Source: an uncultured Erysipelotrichaceae bacterium
Lineage (GTDB): Bacteria; Bacillota_I; Bacilli_A; Erysipelotrichales; Erysipelotrichaceae
Reading direction: 5' to 3'
Assembly: GCA_942493105.1 (NCBI GenBank)
Contig: OW818668.1
Location: 900,001 to 932,000, forward strand
DNA length: 32,000 nucleotides
Below are positions 8,322 through 17,695 of the stretch, piece by piece. The position numbers and the translations under genes are program-made. Position 1 is the stretch's first letter. Each line of letters begins with the position of its first letter. Below the pieces are notes generated by a model that was given only the letters and a program-made list of their open reading frames with translations, searched no databases and had not been told where the DNA came from.

Positions 8322-8990
8322 ATGGAACCAAGGACCATCATATCACTAGCTTATATCGTCAGTGTAACGATCTTTTTAGTGTTCTTGGTTAAACTAACAC
8401 TAGAAGACAACCATGGCTTACGTTTATTCATTAAAATGATCGTCTGTCTTCACTTTATGACAGTGGCACTATTGGCACTATACTTTAATAAGATTGAAAC
8501 AAATGAGATTTTTTTATTCCTTGGATTAGGATCATCATTGTGTGGTGATCTTGCCTTAGGATTAAAATATAAACATCGTTCCTATTTGTTTTTGGGAACA
8601 GTGTTTTTTCTGATAGGTCATGGATTTTATATCGTATTCTTTGGGATCAACAGTACATCGCTTTGGTTATCTCTACCACTGCTATTTATGGCTTTGATGT
8701 TTGGATATTCAACACGTAAAAATAAAGAGTATGATTTTAAAGGAATGGGTTGGGCTATCAATATCTACGTTATCGCGTTGATTCTAATGGTGAGTACTGC
8801 TTTGGCATCTTGGGTTCTTCATCCGACGCAACTCTCTTCAATGCGAGTTATTGGGGCTGTGTTCTTCTTCTTTTCTGACTTCATCCTCTTACATCTTTAT
8901 TTCTCCAAGAATAGAAACAACAGTTCTGTTGTTTTGTACCTTATCTTATATCATATAGGTCAGGGTTTGATTGCTTGGAGCTTATGGTAA
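8322..8990 (+). CDS. YhhN-family (lysoplasmalogenase-like) membrane protein
   Basis: 222 aa, about 7-8 hydrophobic helices. 'GDLALGL', 'FLIGHGFYI' and 'FFFFSDFILL' resemble YhhN/TMEM86 motifs. No SD. TATAAT at 8310-8315 ends 6 nt before the ATG. Confidence 0.6.
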   Translation: MEPRTIISLAYIVSVTIFLVFLVKLTLEDNHGLRLFIKMIVCLHFMTVALLALYFNKIETNEIFLFLGLGSSLCGDLALGLKYKHRSYLFLGTVFFLIGHGFYIVFFGINSTSLWLSLPLLFMALMFGYSTRKNKEYDFKGMGWAINIYVIALILMVSTALASWVLHPTQLSSMRVIGAVFFFFSDFILLHLYFSKNRNNSSVVLYLILYHIGQGLIAWSLW

Positions 8991-8994
8991 ACAG

Positions 8995-9017
8995 AGCGAC
9001 TCTACTTGAGTCGCTTT
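8995..9017. terminator. Hairpin terminator between convergent YhhN-like and DegV genes
   Basis: AGCGACTC (8995-9002) / GAGTCGCT (9008-9015), an 8-bp stem with a 5-nt loop. The flanking T run is short. Confidence 0.55.
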
Positions 9018-9019
9018 AA

Positions 9020-9856
9020 TTATTCATAGTCATCTTTTAGAATATACTGTACCGCAACACAACCAGGTCCACCCAGTGCCATTAATACAGGTGAGAAATT
9101 TAAGTATTCGATGTCAAGGTTACCAAATCTTTGACGTATTTTCTCCTCTAATAGTTTAGCTGTCTCAAGATTCATCGCATGAACGATATAGATCTTATGC
9201 TGAATACTGACCGCATTATCTGCCATCTTTTTGATGATATGATCAAAAGCTTGGATCCAAGTTCGACCTACTCCAAATTTATCCAAACGCTCCATACCTG
9301 GTGTAAATGTCAGGATCGGTTTGATACCCATCATACCCGCAAAGGTCGCAGCTAAAGGTGAAATACGTCCAGATCGTTTCAAAAAATTGAAATCAACCGG
9401 AATAAGAAATGATTGGCACTCTGATAAACACTTATCCATTCTTAGGATAATTTCATCAATACTATGTTTATGTGATAATCGTTGTGCCAATTGAACCAAA
9501 TAACGTTGAGTCCCAACCAAAGCTTTACTGTTGTATAGGACAACATTTGAATTCAACTCTTTTAATGCGGATGCTGCCACATCATAGGTTGAACTTAATC
9601 CTTTGGCGACACAAATATGGAGTCCTTCTTTATATTGATCATAGATTTGCATTAATTGTCCTATTGAAGGTAATGAGGTCAATGCTCGATTTGTTTTTGT
9701 CAGTTCAACGAATTTCTCAGAACTGATGTCTAGGTAATCACGATAGTTCATTCCAGCTACCACAACTTGTAAAGGTATGAGTTCAATGTCAAGTTCTTGT
9801 GCTTCTTCTACACCAATCAAACTGCCAGTATCAGTCATGATTTTCATAAGTTTCAC
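9020..9856 (-). CDS. DegV-family fatty-acid-binding protein (second paralog)
   Basis: 278 aa. 'MKIMTDTGSL' N-terminus and DegV-like pattern throughout. AAAGGTGA SD and an upstream TATAAT on the minus strand. Confidence 0.9.
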   Translation of the reverse strand: MKLMKIMTDTGSLIGVEEAQELDIELIPLQVVVAGMNYRDYLDISSEKFVELTKTNRALTSLPSIGQLMQIYDQYKEGLHICVAKGLSSTYDVAASALKELNSNVVLYNSKALVGTQRYLVQLAQRLSHKHSIDEIILRMDKCLSECQSFLIPVDFNFLKRSGRISPLAATFAGMMGIKPILTFTPGMERLDKFGVGRTWIQAFDHIIKKMADNAVSIQHKIYIVHAMNLETAKLLEEKIRQRFGNLDIEYLNFSPVLMALGGPGCVAVQYILKDDYE

Positions 9857-10040
9857 CTTTGAATATATTATACATAAATAGGAGTTTTTTTAGAAACGTT
9901 GATTTCCAATAGATAACTTTATTCATAAATCATGTCTCAGTATGAATAAAAAATGTGGTGAAATTTGCGTGCATGAGTCTTACAGGTCTGTTTTTTTTAG
10001 AGGACTTGTGATAGAGTATAGGCATGTTACGGAGGTGGCT

Positions 10041-10097
10041 ATGAACTTAAATTTGAATGATCTGACCCATGACGTAACAAACATCTTTATAGCATAA
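10041..10097 (+). CDS. Candidate 18-codon micro-ORF (MNLNLNDLTHDVTNIFIA)
   Basis: Found by hand. GGAGGTG at 10031-10037 precedes ATG 10041. Stop TAA at 10095-10097 lies inside the 5' arm of the following hairpin. Confidence 0.25.
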   Translation: MNLNLNDLTHDVTNIFIA

Positions 10098-10120
10098 GCC
10101 TTACTGCGCTTGTGTTTTTT
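10093..10120 (+). terminator. Candidate intrinsic terminator or attenuator upstream of the purine riboswitch
   Basis: CAUAAGC (10093-10099) / GCUUGUG (10108-10114), 7 bp including one G-U, 8-nt loop, then U6 (10115-10120). Confidence 0.45.
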
Positions 10121-10138
10121 ATTTTATGACAACTGAAT

Positions 10139-10209
10139 ATTTTGTATAACTGCAGAAATACGGTCTGCAAGTCTCTACCCTGACACCATAAACGTTGGGA
10201 CTACAAAAT
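10139..10209 (+). promoter_or_regulatory. Purine riboswitch aptamer, guanine class
   Basis: P1 AUUUUGUA/UACAAAAU. J1-2 UAAC. P2 UGCAGA/UCUGCA with loop AAUACGG. J2-3 AGUCUCUA (consensus AGUUUCUA). P3 CCUGAC/GUUGGG with loop ACCAUAAAC. J3-1 'AC' carries C at the specificity position, which indicates guanine or hypoxanthine. Located directly upstream of purE. Confidence 0.85.
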
Positions 10210-10245
10210 CAAAATGAGCTGCCAAGCTGTTTTTTGGTTTTTATG

Positions 10246-10270
10246 AGACATCCAACCGGGTGTCTTTTTG
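10246..10270 (+). terminator. Riboswitch expression-platform terminator
   Basis: AGACAUCC (10246-10253), loop AACC, GGGUGUCU (10258-10265), then a U run. GACACC in aptamer P3 (10182-10187) is complementary to GGUGUC (10259-10264), a possible antiterminator pairing. Confidence 0.8.
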
Positions 10271-10286
10271 TATTCAAGGAGGAAAT

Positions 10287-10772
10287 ATGGATCAAGTTAA
10301 AGTATCTGTTGTGATGGGTTCTATCAGTGATTATGAAACCGTTGTTGAAACCATCAATATTCTGGAGGCTTTTAATGTTGGTTATGAAAAAAAGGTGGTT
10401 AGTGCTCACAGAACACCTGAAGATATGGTCAACTATGCGAAAGAAGCGGCACATCGCGGTATAGAAGTCATCATTGCAGCAGCTGGAGGTGCAGCTCATT
10501 TACCCGGCATGATTGCATCATTGACGCATTTACCTGTCATCGGCATTCCCATTAAAACAACAGCTCTAGATGGCTTAGATAGTCTTTTATCGATCAATCA
10601 GATGCCTGCTGGTATTCCTGTCTTAACGACGGCCATCGGAGTTGCCGGAGCTAAGAATGCAGCATTGGCAGCCATTCGTATCTTAGCGATCCATGATGAT
10701 GTTTTAGTACAAAAGCTTAAAGATCATCAATTTGAAATGGCGGAAACTGTAAGAGCCAGTACTTTTAAATGA
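10287..10772 (+). CDS. purE: N5-carboxyaminoimidazole ribonucleotide mutase (class I PurE)
   Basis: '[12 protein letters not shown]', 'VVSAHRTPE', '[11 protein letters not shown]'. AGGAGG at 10277-10282 precedes ATG 10287. The track GTG at 10260 lies inside the terminator stem. Confidence 0.95.
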   Translation: MDQVKVSVVMGSISDYETVVETINILEAFNVGYEKKVVSAHRTPEDMVNYAKEAAHRGIEVIIAAAGGAAHLPGMIASLTHLPVIGIPIKTTALDGLDSLLSINQMPAGIPVLTTAIGVAGAKNAALAAIRILAIHDDVLVQKLKDHQFEMAETVRASTFK

Positions 10773-11875
10773 ACCAACAACTTATTCCACCAGCTCATAT
10801 TGGGATCATTGGTGGGGGACAATTAGGCCAGATGATGGCATTATCAGCCATTCAACAAGGTTATAAAATCAATGTGCTCGATCCAGATCCTGATTGTCCT
10901 TGTGCATCATTGGCAGAACTGTTTATCCAAGCCGATTTTAATGATGTGTTGGCTTTGGCACGACTGGTTGAATATAGTGATGTAGTAACTTATGAATTTG
11001 AAAATGCGGATAGTGCTTTGATTGATGGGTTCAATCTTAAAGGTAAGATCCCACAAGGATCACTGGCCTTGACTCTGTCTCAACATCGGATAAAAGAAAA
11101 AGAGTTCGCGAAATTTTTAGAAATCCCATGCCCAAAAACATTTCCAATTTATAAACCAGAAGATCTTAATCAACTTCATGATTATCCCTATGTCATAAAG
11201 CGTTGCCGCTATGGATATGATGGAAAAGGACAAGCAATGATCAAGAATCAAAATGACCGTGATCAGTTAAAACTAACTTTTCCCGATGAATATATTGCAG
11301 AACAATTCATCCATTTTGAAAAGGAAATATCAGTGGTCTGTGCATGTTTCAAAGATGGGATCAGTTTCTTTGAACCCTTTGAGAATGTGCATGTAAACGG
11401 GATATTGAGCACTTCTTATCAACCTGCCCAAATCAGTGAACAAATCAAACAACAAGCACTTGAATACACTCTAAGAATTGCCAAATCTCTGAATTATATA
11501 GGAGTATTGGCCGTGGAATATTTTGTGACCAAAGAGGGCATTTTGTTTAATGAAATGGCTCCTCGTCCACACAACTCAGCTCATGGGACGATTGAAGGGT
11601 GTACCTTTAGTCAATTTGACTTACATATCGCAGCCATCACAGGTTCAAAACAGATACAAACTCAAACTGTTTTACCTACGCTTATGATAAATATCTTAGG
11701 ACAAGATTTACAAAATGCTCTTCAGAAATTCACCATGATGAATCCAGATCATGCTCATTTTCATTATTATGGAAAAAAAGAAGTTCGTCATAATCGTAAA
11801 GTGGGACACATCACATTGTGCACATCCGATGACAATGAGATTCAACATAAGTTACAAGAATGGAGGAAGATTTAA
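10769..11875 (+). CDS. purK: N5-CAIR synthase (ATP-grasp)
   Basis: '[13 protein letters not shown]' and ATP-grasp pattern. ATGA overlap with the purE stop. Confidence 0.9.
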   Translation: MNQQLIPPAHIGIIGGGQLGQMMALSAIQQGYKINVLDPDPDCPCASLAELFIQADFNDVLALARLVEYSDVVTYEFENADSALIDGFNLKGKIPQGSLALTLSQHRIKEKEFAKFLEIPCPKTFPIYKPEDLNQLHDYPYVIKRCRYGYDGKGQAMIKNQNDRDQLKLTFPDEYIAEQFIHFEKEISVVCACFKDGISFFEPFENVHVNGILSTSYQPAQISEQIKQQALEYTLRIAKSLNYIGVLAVEYFVTKEGILFNEMAPRPHNSAHGTIEGCTFSQFDLHIAAITGSKQIQTQTVLPTLMINILGQDLQNALQKFTMMNPDHAHFHYYGKKEVRHNRKVGHITLCTSDDNEIQHKLQEWRKI

Positions 11876-14800
11876 TGAAACGCCTTTTTATAAAGAAACG
11901 TACTGGGTTTGATCTGACTTCACTACCGCTAAGTAACTTGATCAAAAATCAACTTCTTATTGATGCTGAAGTAACTTATATGATTGGGTATGACATTGAT
12001 GAGATCGATGAAGCCATTTATCATATCGCTATTGGCCAAGTCTTTTCCGAACCCATGTGTGATGAAGTTATGACCCAATTACCAGAACTCAAAGGAACAA
12101 TAATCCTCAAAGAACCTTTACCTGGTCAATATGATCAACGAGCTGATGCCGCAATGCAATGTCTTCGCTTATTGGATCAAAATACGCAAGCAAGTGTAAA
12201 AACTTTTGAATTGGTAATTTTCAATCGAGCATTGACATCTGTAGAAAAAGATCGCTTTATTCATTACTGGATCAATCCGATTGAAATGCGTGAAAAATCG
12301 TTGACCCAAGAAGTTGAAGTATCAGAAATGATCAGTGATGAAGGTTCGATCGACCACTTCACAGATTTTTCTATAAACCAAGCTCAACAGTTTCTAACCG
12401 ACAATAAAGCTGCGATGAGTTGTGCTGATCTACAACTGATTCAAAACTTTTTTAAGACCCATGAACATCGTCAACCAACGATGACAGAGTTTAAAGTATT
12501 GGATACCTATTGGAGCGATCATTGTCGTCACACGACTTTTGAAACTCAACTCAAATCAATTACGATACCTCATGGTCCTTATGAAAAAGAACTAAAAGAT
12601 ATGTTGGATCTTTGTCATGCCTATCGTGCTCAACCAAAACGGTCATTTAAACCTTTGACTTTGATGGAGATGGCCACCATCGCAGCCAAAGTCATTGATG
12701 ATCCACGAGTTGAACATAGTGAAGAAATCAATGCTTGTTCTGTAAAAATCAAAGTTAAACAAAACGGGTCTCCCCAAGATTGGTTACTTCAGTTTAAAAA
12801 TGAAACGCATAATCATCCTACTGAAATTGAACCCTTCGGAGGAGCATCTACCTGTATTGGAGGAGCCATTCGTGATCCCTTAAGTGGCAGAGCTTATGTG
12901 TATCAAGCAATGCGAATCAGTGGCTGTGGGAATGTTAAAGAAGCCATCAGTGATACCATTGCGGATAAATTACCGCAACGAGTCATTGCCCAAAGAGCAA
13001 CACAAGGCAACAGTGCTTATGGAAATCAAATAGGCGTTGCGACAACCTATGTGAAAGAAATCTATCATCCCAAGTACACAGCCAAGCATTTTGAATGTGG
13101 TGCTGTTGTTGGGGCCGTTAGAGCAGATGCAGTTAGAAGAGAAAGCCCTAAGGATAAAGATGTAATCGTTTTACTAGGGGGAAGAACTGGTCGAGATGGA
13201 ATCGGTGGTGCTACAGGATCATCATTAGCCCATACTCAAACATCTTTGACACAATGTGCAAGTGAAGTTCAAAAAGGCAATGCTCCTGAAGAACGAAAAC
13301 TGCAAAGGCTTTTTAGAAATCCAAAAGCGTCACTTCTAATTAAGAAATGTAATGATTTTGGGGCAGGTGGTATCAGTGTTGCTATAGGAGAATTAGCGGA
13401 AGGTTTAATTGTAGATCTTGATAAAATCCCCACAAAATACAATGGACTTAATGCTACAGAATTAGCCATCAGTGAAAGTCAAGAACGAATGGCGGTAGTT
13501 TTAGATTCAAAGGATGTTGAAACTTTTATCGATTTAGCTCATCAAGAAAATCTGGAAGCGACAATAGTTGCCCATGTCACCCAAACAAAGCGATTACAGA
13601 TGATCTATAAAGGACTCAAAGTTGTTGACTTGGATCGTGCTTTAATCGATACCAATGGTGTCAGACAAAGTACAGAAGCAGTTCTTCATCAAAATCCGAT
13701 CATCGAAAAAGAAGCATTAGAATTCAATGAAGACAATGCGCTTAATCACTTATCCTCTTTAAATGTCTGTCTTCAAAAAGGTTTGATTGAACAATTTGAT
13801 GGCAGTATAGGATCCAGTACTGTGCTTTATCCTTTAGGAGGCAAGAATCAGTTGACTCCAACTCAAGGATCAGTCCAGAAAATTTATACTGATTCAGAAG
13901 ATGTCTCAACAGTATCCATTCTAACGCATGGTTTTATCCCTGATCTCAGCGACATCAATCCTTTCTTAAGTGCTCAGGCAGCAGTCCTTGAATCGATCGC
14001 AAAGACCATTGCCTTAGGTGGCAAAATTGAAAATATCTTTTTCTCATTCCAAGAATACTTTCCACGGCTTAACCAAGATGAGAAAAAATGGGGCAATGTT
14101 GTCCAAGCTTTACTTGGGGCATTAAGTGTTCAAGCTGCTTTTAAGCGTCCTGCGATTGGTGGAAAGGACAGTATGTCTGGAACCTTCAAACACATAGATG
14201 TTTTAGATACTTTAGTATCTTTTGCTTGTAGTGTTGCGGAAGTAGATGACATACGTTCTCAACAAGCAAAATCTACTTTTGATCATTTATATTTGGTTAA
14301 AGCAAAACGTAAACCCAATGGGCTGTTTGATTTGGATGACATCGTTAAGACTTACACTAAAGTTCAATTGATGGCTCAATCCAATAAAGTCAGTGCGGTA
14401 CGAGTTGTTGAACAAGGTCTCTTCGCCAGTGTTTGTGCTTTGGTATTTGGCAATGATTTTAAAGTAAAAATCAAAACTGAAGAAGATCTTTTTCAAAATC
14501 ATCCAGCCTCTTTCTTGGTTGCAACTCCTAGTACAGATGTCCCCAAAGAATGGCTCAAAATCGGTAAGGTTTCAACAAGCCAATTTACGTTTAACGGAAT
14601 CAATATCGATTATGAAAAGGCAAAAGCTGCTTATACCTACGGACTCGATTTTCTTTACCCTGTTAAATCATCATCAGAAGCCATTGAACTTAAAATTCAA
14701 GATACTGATCGAATCATGCCTAAGTATCCTGGTGATCCTGTAGATGAAGTCAAGGTGGTCATTCCGTTTTTTCCGGGAACCAACTGTGAAACGGATACAG

Positions 14801-15546
14801 CCAAAGCCTTTAGGAAAGCAGGCGGTCATCCTGTCATTATTGGAATTCGCAATACAACCAAAGAGGATCTTGAGGCATCGCTTAGTGCTTTCGCAGATAA
14901 AATTGATTCAGCCCATATCTTGGCTCTTCCTGGAGGTTTCTCTAGTGGAGATGAACCTGATGGCAGCGCAAAGTTCATCGTCAATGTCTTAAATCAAACC
15001 AAAGTTAAAAAAGCGATTGAAAGATTACTTGATCGAAAAGGTCTCATCATTGGGATCTGTAATGGATTTCAAGCCCTAATAAAAACTGGTTTGTTGCCTT
15101 ATGGTGAATATCGTCAACTCACCAAACATGATGCGACTTTAACCAACAATGTGATCCATCGACATATTTCAGCCATTGTCACAACGCGATTAAGTTCTAA
15201 TGCTTCGCCTTGGTTAACCAACTGCGTTCCTGGTGAACTCACAAAAGTTCCAATCAGCCATGGGGAGGGCCGTTTGAAAGTCGATCCGAAACAAGCTGCT
15301 GAGTGGTTCAAGAATGGCCAAGTCGTCTTCCAATATTGTGATCCAAAAGGACAACCGACCATGGATCCCATCTACAATCTCAACGGTTCAGATCAAGCCA
15401 TTGAAGGCCTCATATCACCTAATGGTCAGATCTTAGGTAAGATGGGTCATACAGAACGCATCAGACAGGATCTCTATAAAAATATCCCCGGTATGGCAGA
15501 ACATAAGCTCTTCCAAAACGGAATCGAATATTTCAAAAAGCGCTAA
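11875..15546 (+). CDS. purL: Single-chain phosphoribosylformylglycinamidine (FGAM) synthase (PurS-like + PurL + PurQ domains fused)
   Basis: 'YWSDHCRHTTF' and 'GGRTGRDGIGGATGSS' synthetase motifs. C-terminal glutaminase 'GICNGFQALIKTG' and 'SHGEGR'. GGAGGA at 11862-11867. ATG 11875 overlaps the purK stop (TAATG). The track start at 11860 is less likely. Confidence 0.9.
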   Translation: MKRLFIKKRTGFDLTSLPLSNLIKNQLLIDAEVTYMIGYDIDEIDEAIYHIAIGQVFSEPMCDEVMTQLPELKGTIILKEPLPGQYDQRADAAMQCLRLLDQNTQASVKTFELVIFNRALTSVEKDRFIHYWINPIEMREKSLTQEVEVSEMISDEGSIDHFTDFSINQAQQFLTDNKAAMSCADLQLIQNFFKTHEHRQPTMTEFKVLDTYWSDHCRHTTFETQLKSITIPHGPYEKELKDMLDLCHAYRAQPKRSFKPLTLMEMATIAAKVIDDPRVEHSEEINACSVKIKVKQNGSPQDWLLQFKNETHNHPTEIEPFGGASTCIGGAIRDPLSGRAYVYQAMRISGCGNVKEAISDTIADKLPQRVIAQRATQGNSAYGNQIGVATTYVKEIYHPKYTAKHFECGAVVGAVRADAVRRESPKDKDVIVLLGGRTGRDGIGGATGSSLAHTQTSLTQCASEVQKGNAPEERKLQRLFRNPKASLLIKKCNDFGAGGISVAIGELAEGLIVDLDKIPTKYNGLNATELAISESQERMAVVLDSKDVETFIDLAHQENLEATIVAHVTQTKRLQMIYKGLKVVDLDRALIDTNGVRQSTEAVLHQNPIIEKEALEFNEDNALNHLSSLNVCLQKGLIEQFDGSIGSSTVLYPLGGKNQLTPTQGSVQKIYTDSEDVSTVSILTHGFIPDLSDINPFLSAQAAVLESIAKTIALGGKIENIFFSFQEYFPRLNQDEKKWGNVVQALLGALSVQAAFKRPAIGGKDSMSGTFKHIDVLDTLVSFACSVAEVDDIRSQQAKSTFDHLYLVKAKRKPNGLFDLDDIVKTYTKVQLMAQSNKVSAVRVVEQGLFASVCALVFGNDFKVKIKTEEDLFQNHPASFLVATPSTDVPKEWLKIGKVSTSQFTFNGINIDYEKAKAAYTYGLDFLYPVKSSSEAIELKIQDTDRIMPKYPGDPVDEVKVVIPFFPGTNCETDTAKAFRKAGGHPVIIGIRNTTKEDLEASLSAFADKIDSAHILALPGGFSSGDEPDGSAKFIVNVLNQTKVKKAIERLLDRKGLIIGICNGFQALIKTGLLPYGEYRQLTKHDATLTNNVIHRHISAIVTTRLSSNASPWLTNCVPGELTKVPISHGEGRLKVDPKQAAEWFKNGQVVFQYCDPKGQPTMDPIYNLNGSDQAIEGLISPNGQILGKMGHTERIRQDLYKNIPGMAEHKLFQNGIEYFKKR

Positions 15547-15557
15547 AGGAGCACACT

Positions 15558-16277
15558 ATGAAAAAACTAAACATGATTTATGAAGGCAAAGCCAAACAGC
15601 TTTATACCTGTGAAAGAGAAGATGCCTTGATCATTCATTATAAGGATGATGCGACAGCCTTCAATGGGGCAAAGAAAGCTCAAATTGAACACAAAGGCAT
15701 GCTAAACAATGCCATCTCAACCATTATCTTCAAGGAGATGGCCAAAGCAGGAATCCCAACTCATTATCTGGAAACCCTTAATGATCGTGATCAACTCTGT
15801 AAGAAAGTCCACATCATCCCACTAGAAGTCATCGTTAGAAACATCATTGCGGGAGGCATGTCCAAACGGCTCAACATCCCAGAAGGTACACCTTCCCCAA
15901 AACCAATTTATGAGCTGTGCTACAAGAATGATGAGTTAGGTGATCCTTTGATCAATGAAGACCATGCCCTTGCGTTATGTGTCGTTACCCAAGCAGAACT
16001 AGTCATCATTAAGAATTTGACTTTACAGATCAATGAAGTCCTCAAGAAATTATTTGATCAAGTGGGTATCTTGTTGGTTGATTTTAAAATTGAATTTGGT
16101 AAGACTCTTGATGGAAATATCGTTTTAGCAGATGAGATCTCACCGGATACTTGTCGTTTTTGGGATAAAGAAACCAAAATGAAGTTAGATAAAGATCGTT
16201 TCAGAAGAGACTTGGGACAAGTAGAAGATGCTTACCAGGAAATTCTGAGACGTCTAGAATTGATCAAAACAGTATGA
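15558..16277 (+). CDS. purC: SAICAR synthetase
   Basis: 'MIYEGKAKQLY', 'LADEISPDTCRFWD'. AAAGGAG SD upstream. Confidence 0.95.
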   Translation: MKKLNMIYEGKAKQLYTCEREDALIIHYKDDATAFNGAKKAQIEHKGMLNNAISTIIFKEMAKAGIPTHYLETLNDRDQLCKKVHIIPLEVIVRNIIAGGMSKRLNIPEGTPSPKPIYELCYKNDELGDPLINEDHALALCVVTQAELVIIKNLTLQINEVLKKLFDQVGILLVDFKIEFGKTLDGNIVLADEISPDTCRFWDKETKMKLDKDRFRRDLGQVEDAYQEILRRLELIKTV

Positions 16278-17686
16278 GCGAAATCGATTTGATTTATGAA
16301 AGGGAACTTCATGAAGAATGTGGGGTATTTGGTGTTTATAATTGCCCCAAAGCTTCTGAACTGACCTATTATGGACTACATGCGCTCCAACACAGAGGCC
16401 AAGAAGGAGCAGGCATCGTTGTTTCAGACAATGAGAAATTAACCAGTGTAAAAAATGAAGGCAATGTTCGTTATGTTTTTCCTGAGTCCGTGCTTAAAAA
16501 ATTGATTGGGATGCATGCGATTGGTCATGTTCGATACTCTACCACAGGTGGTGGTGGAATCCTTAATGTTCAGCCATTTTTGTTTAGACATGGAGGTGGC
16601 GATTTTGCCTTGTGTCATAATGGAAATATCGTAAATTCTCAGATCTTAAGACAAAATCTTGAACGTAAAGGATCTATCTTTCAAAGTTCCTCTGATTCAG
16701 AAATCTTAGCTCACTTGATTTATCAGGATTCTCGTGTCAAACGTATCGCAGCCATCAAAGAAGCTTTGATCTATCTAGAAGGAGCTTTTGCCTTTTTAAT
16801 TTTAACCAAAGATCGTTTATATGCCATGCGTGATCGTCATGGATTACGTCCTTTATCGATTGGAACTTTGGATGATGGTTATGTGGTGGCCAGTGAAACC
16901 TGTGCTCTTGATGCGGTAGGGGCTACTTTCTTACGCGATATTTTACCTGGTGAAATCGTAACCATTGATAAAGATGGCATACAAAGCGATTTTTATTCTA
17001 AAGATACACAGTCAAAAATTTGTGCAATGGAGTACATTTATTTCTCACGTCCGGATAGTGATATCTTAGGTCTTAACGTTCATCGTTCACGTAAAGAAGC
17101 GGGACGGATCTTAGCCAAAGAAAGTCCAGTCGATGCGGATATCGTCATAGGGGTACCAGATTCATCATTATCTGCAGCCTATGGTTATGCGGAAGCCAGC
17201 GGAATTCCTTATGAAATGGGTCTCATTAAGAATCGATATGTGGGCCGTACCTTTATTGAACCTTCGCCAGCCTTACGAGAAAAAGGTGTCAAAATGAAAC
17301 TGTCACCTTTAAGATCGATCATTGCAGGAAAAAGAGTTGTGTTGATTGATGATTCAATCGTGCGTGGTACAACTTCCATGAAGATCGTTGAATTGCTTAG
17401 ACAATGCGGAGCTACGGAAATCCATATGCGGATCGCATCACCAGCCATCATTGCGCCTTGTTTTTATGGTGTTGACACATCAACGTATGAAGAACTCATC
17501 AGTGCATTTAATGATGTTGAAGCAGTCAGACAATTGATTAAAGCAGATTCACTAAAATTCCTATCCATGGATGGTTTAAAACAAGCCTTAGGAAACAGAG
17601 ATTTCTGTCATGCCTGTTTTACGAAAAATTATCCAACACATTTATATGAACACATTGAAAACGCCAATAAAGACGGCAAATTCTAA
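16274..17686 (+). CDS. purF: Amidophosphoribosyltransferase
   Basis: Propeptide followed by 'ECGVFGVY' (Ntn cysteine). PRTase motif 'VVLIDDSIVRGTT'. C-terminal Cys cluster. ATGA overlap with purC. Confidence 0.95.
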   Translation: MSEIDLIYERELHEECGVFGVYNCPKASELTYYGLHALQHRGQEGAGIVVSDNEKLTSVKNEGNVRYVFPESVLKKLIGMHAIGHVRYSTTGGGGILNVQPFLFRHGGGDFALCHNGNIVNSQILRQNLERKGSIFQSSSDSEILAHLIYQDSRVKRIAAIKEALIYLEGAFAFLILTKDRLYAMRDRHGLRPLSIGTLDDGYVVASETCALDAVGATFLRDILPGEIVTIDKDGIQSDFYSKDTQSKICAMEYIYFSRPDSDILGLNVHRSRKEAGRILAKESPVDADIVIGVPDSSLSAAYGYAEASGIPYEMGLIKNRYVGRTFIEPSPALREKGVKMKLSPLRSIIAGKRVVLIDDSIVRGTTSMKIVELLRQCGATEIHMRIASPAIIAPCFYGVDTSTYEELISAFNDVEAVRQLIKADSLKFLSMDGLKQALGNRDFCHACFTKNYPTHLYEHIENANKDGKF

Positions 17687-17695
17687 AGGAGCAAT

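Noticed and set aside
9472-9726. 84-aa plus-strand ORF inside the second degV gene
   Set aside because: Antisense to a confident DegV CDS, with no translation signals.
9889-9905. PurR PurBox-like sequence (GAAACGTTGATTTCC)
   Set aside because: Poor match to the B. subtilis PurBox consensus, and no inverted second box at the expected spacing.
10021-10080. Second known riboswitch (ZTP/pfl, PRPP or similar) upstream of the purine riboswitch
   Set aside because: I could not find the conserved ZTP pseudoknot elements (GGGUCGUGA / CCGCCUGGGC-like) or any other class signature by eye.
10209-10499. 96-aa minus-strand ORF across the riboswitch terminator and purE
   Set aside because: Antisense to purE and to the expression platform. 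Cys/His-rich junk composition and no SD.
13269-15371. Five short ORFs (13269..13469-, 14287..14502-, 14519..14743+, 14744..14992+, 15114..15371-) inside purL
   Set aside because: All are nested in alternative frames or on the opposite strand of the 1223-aa FGAM synthase, whose frame is conserved end to end.
17209-17451. 80-aa minus-strand ORF inside purF
   Set aside because: Antisense to a confident CDS.
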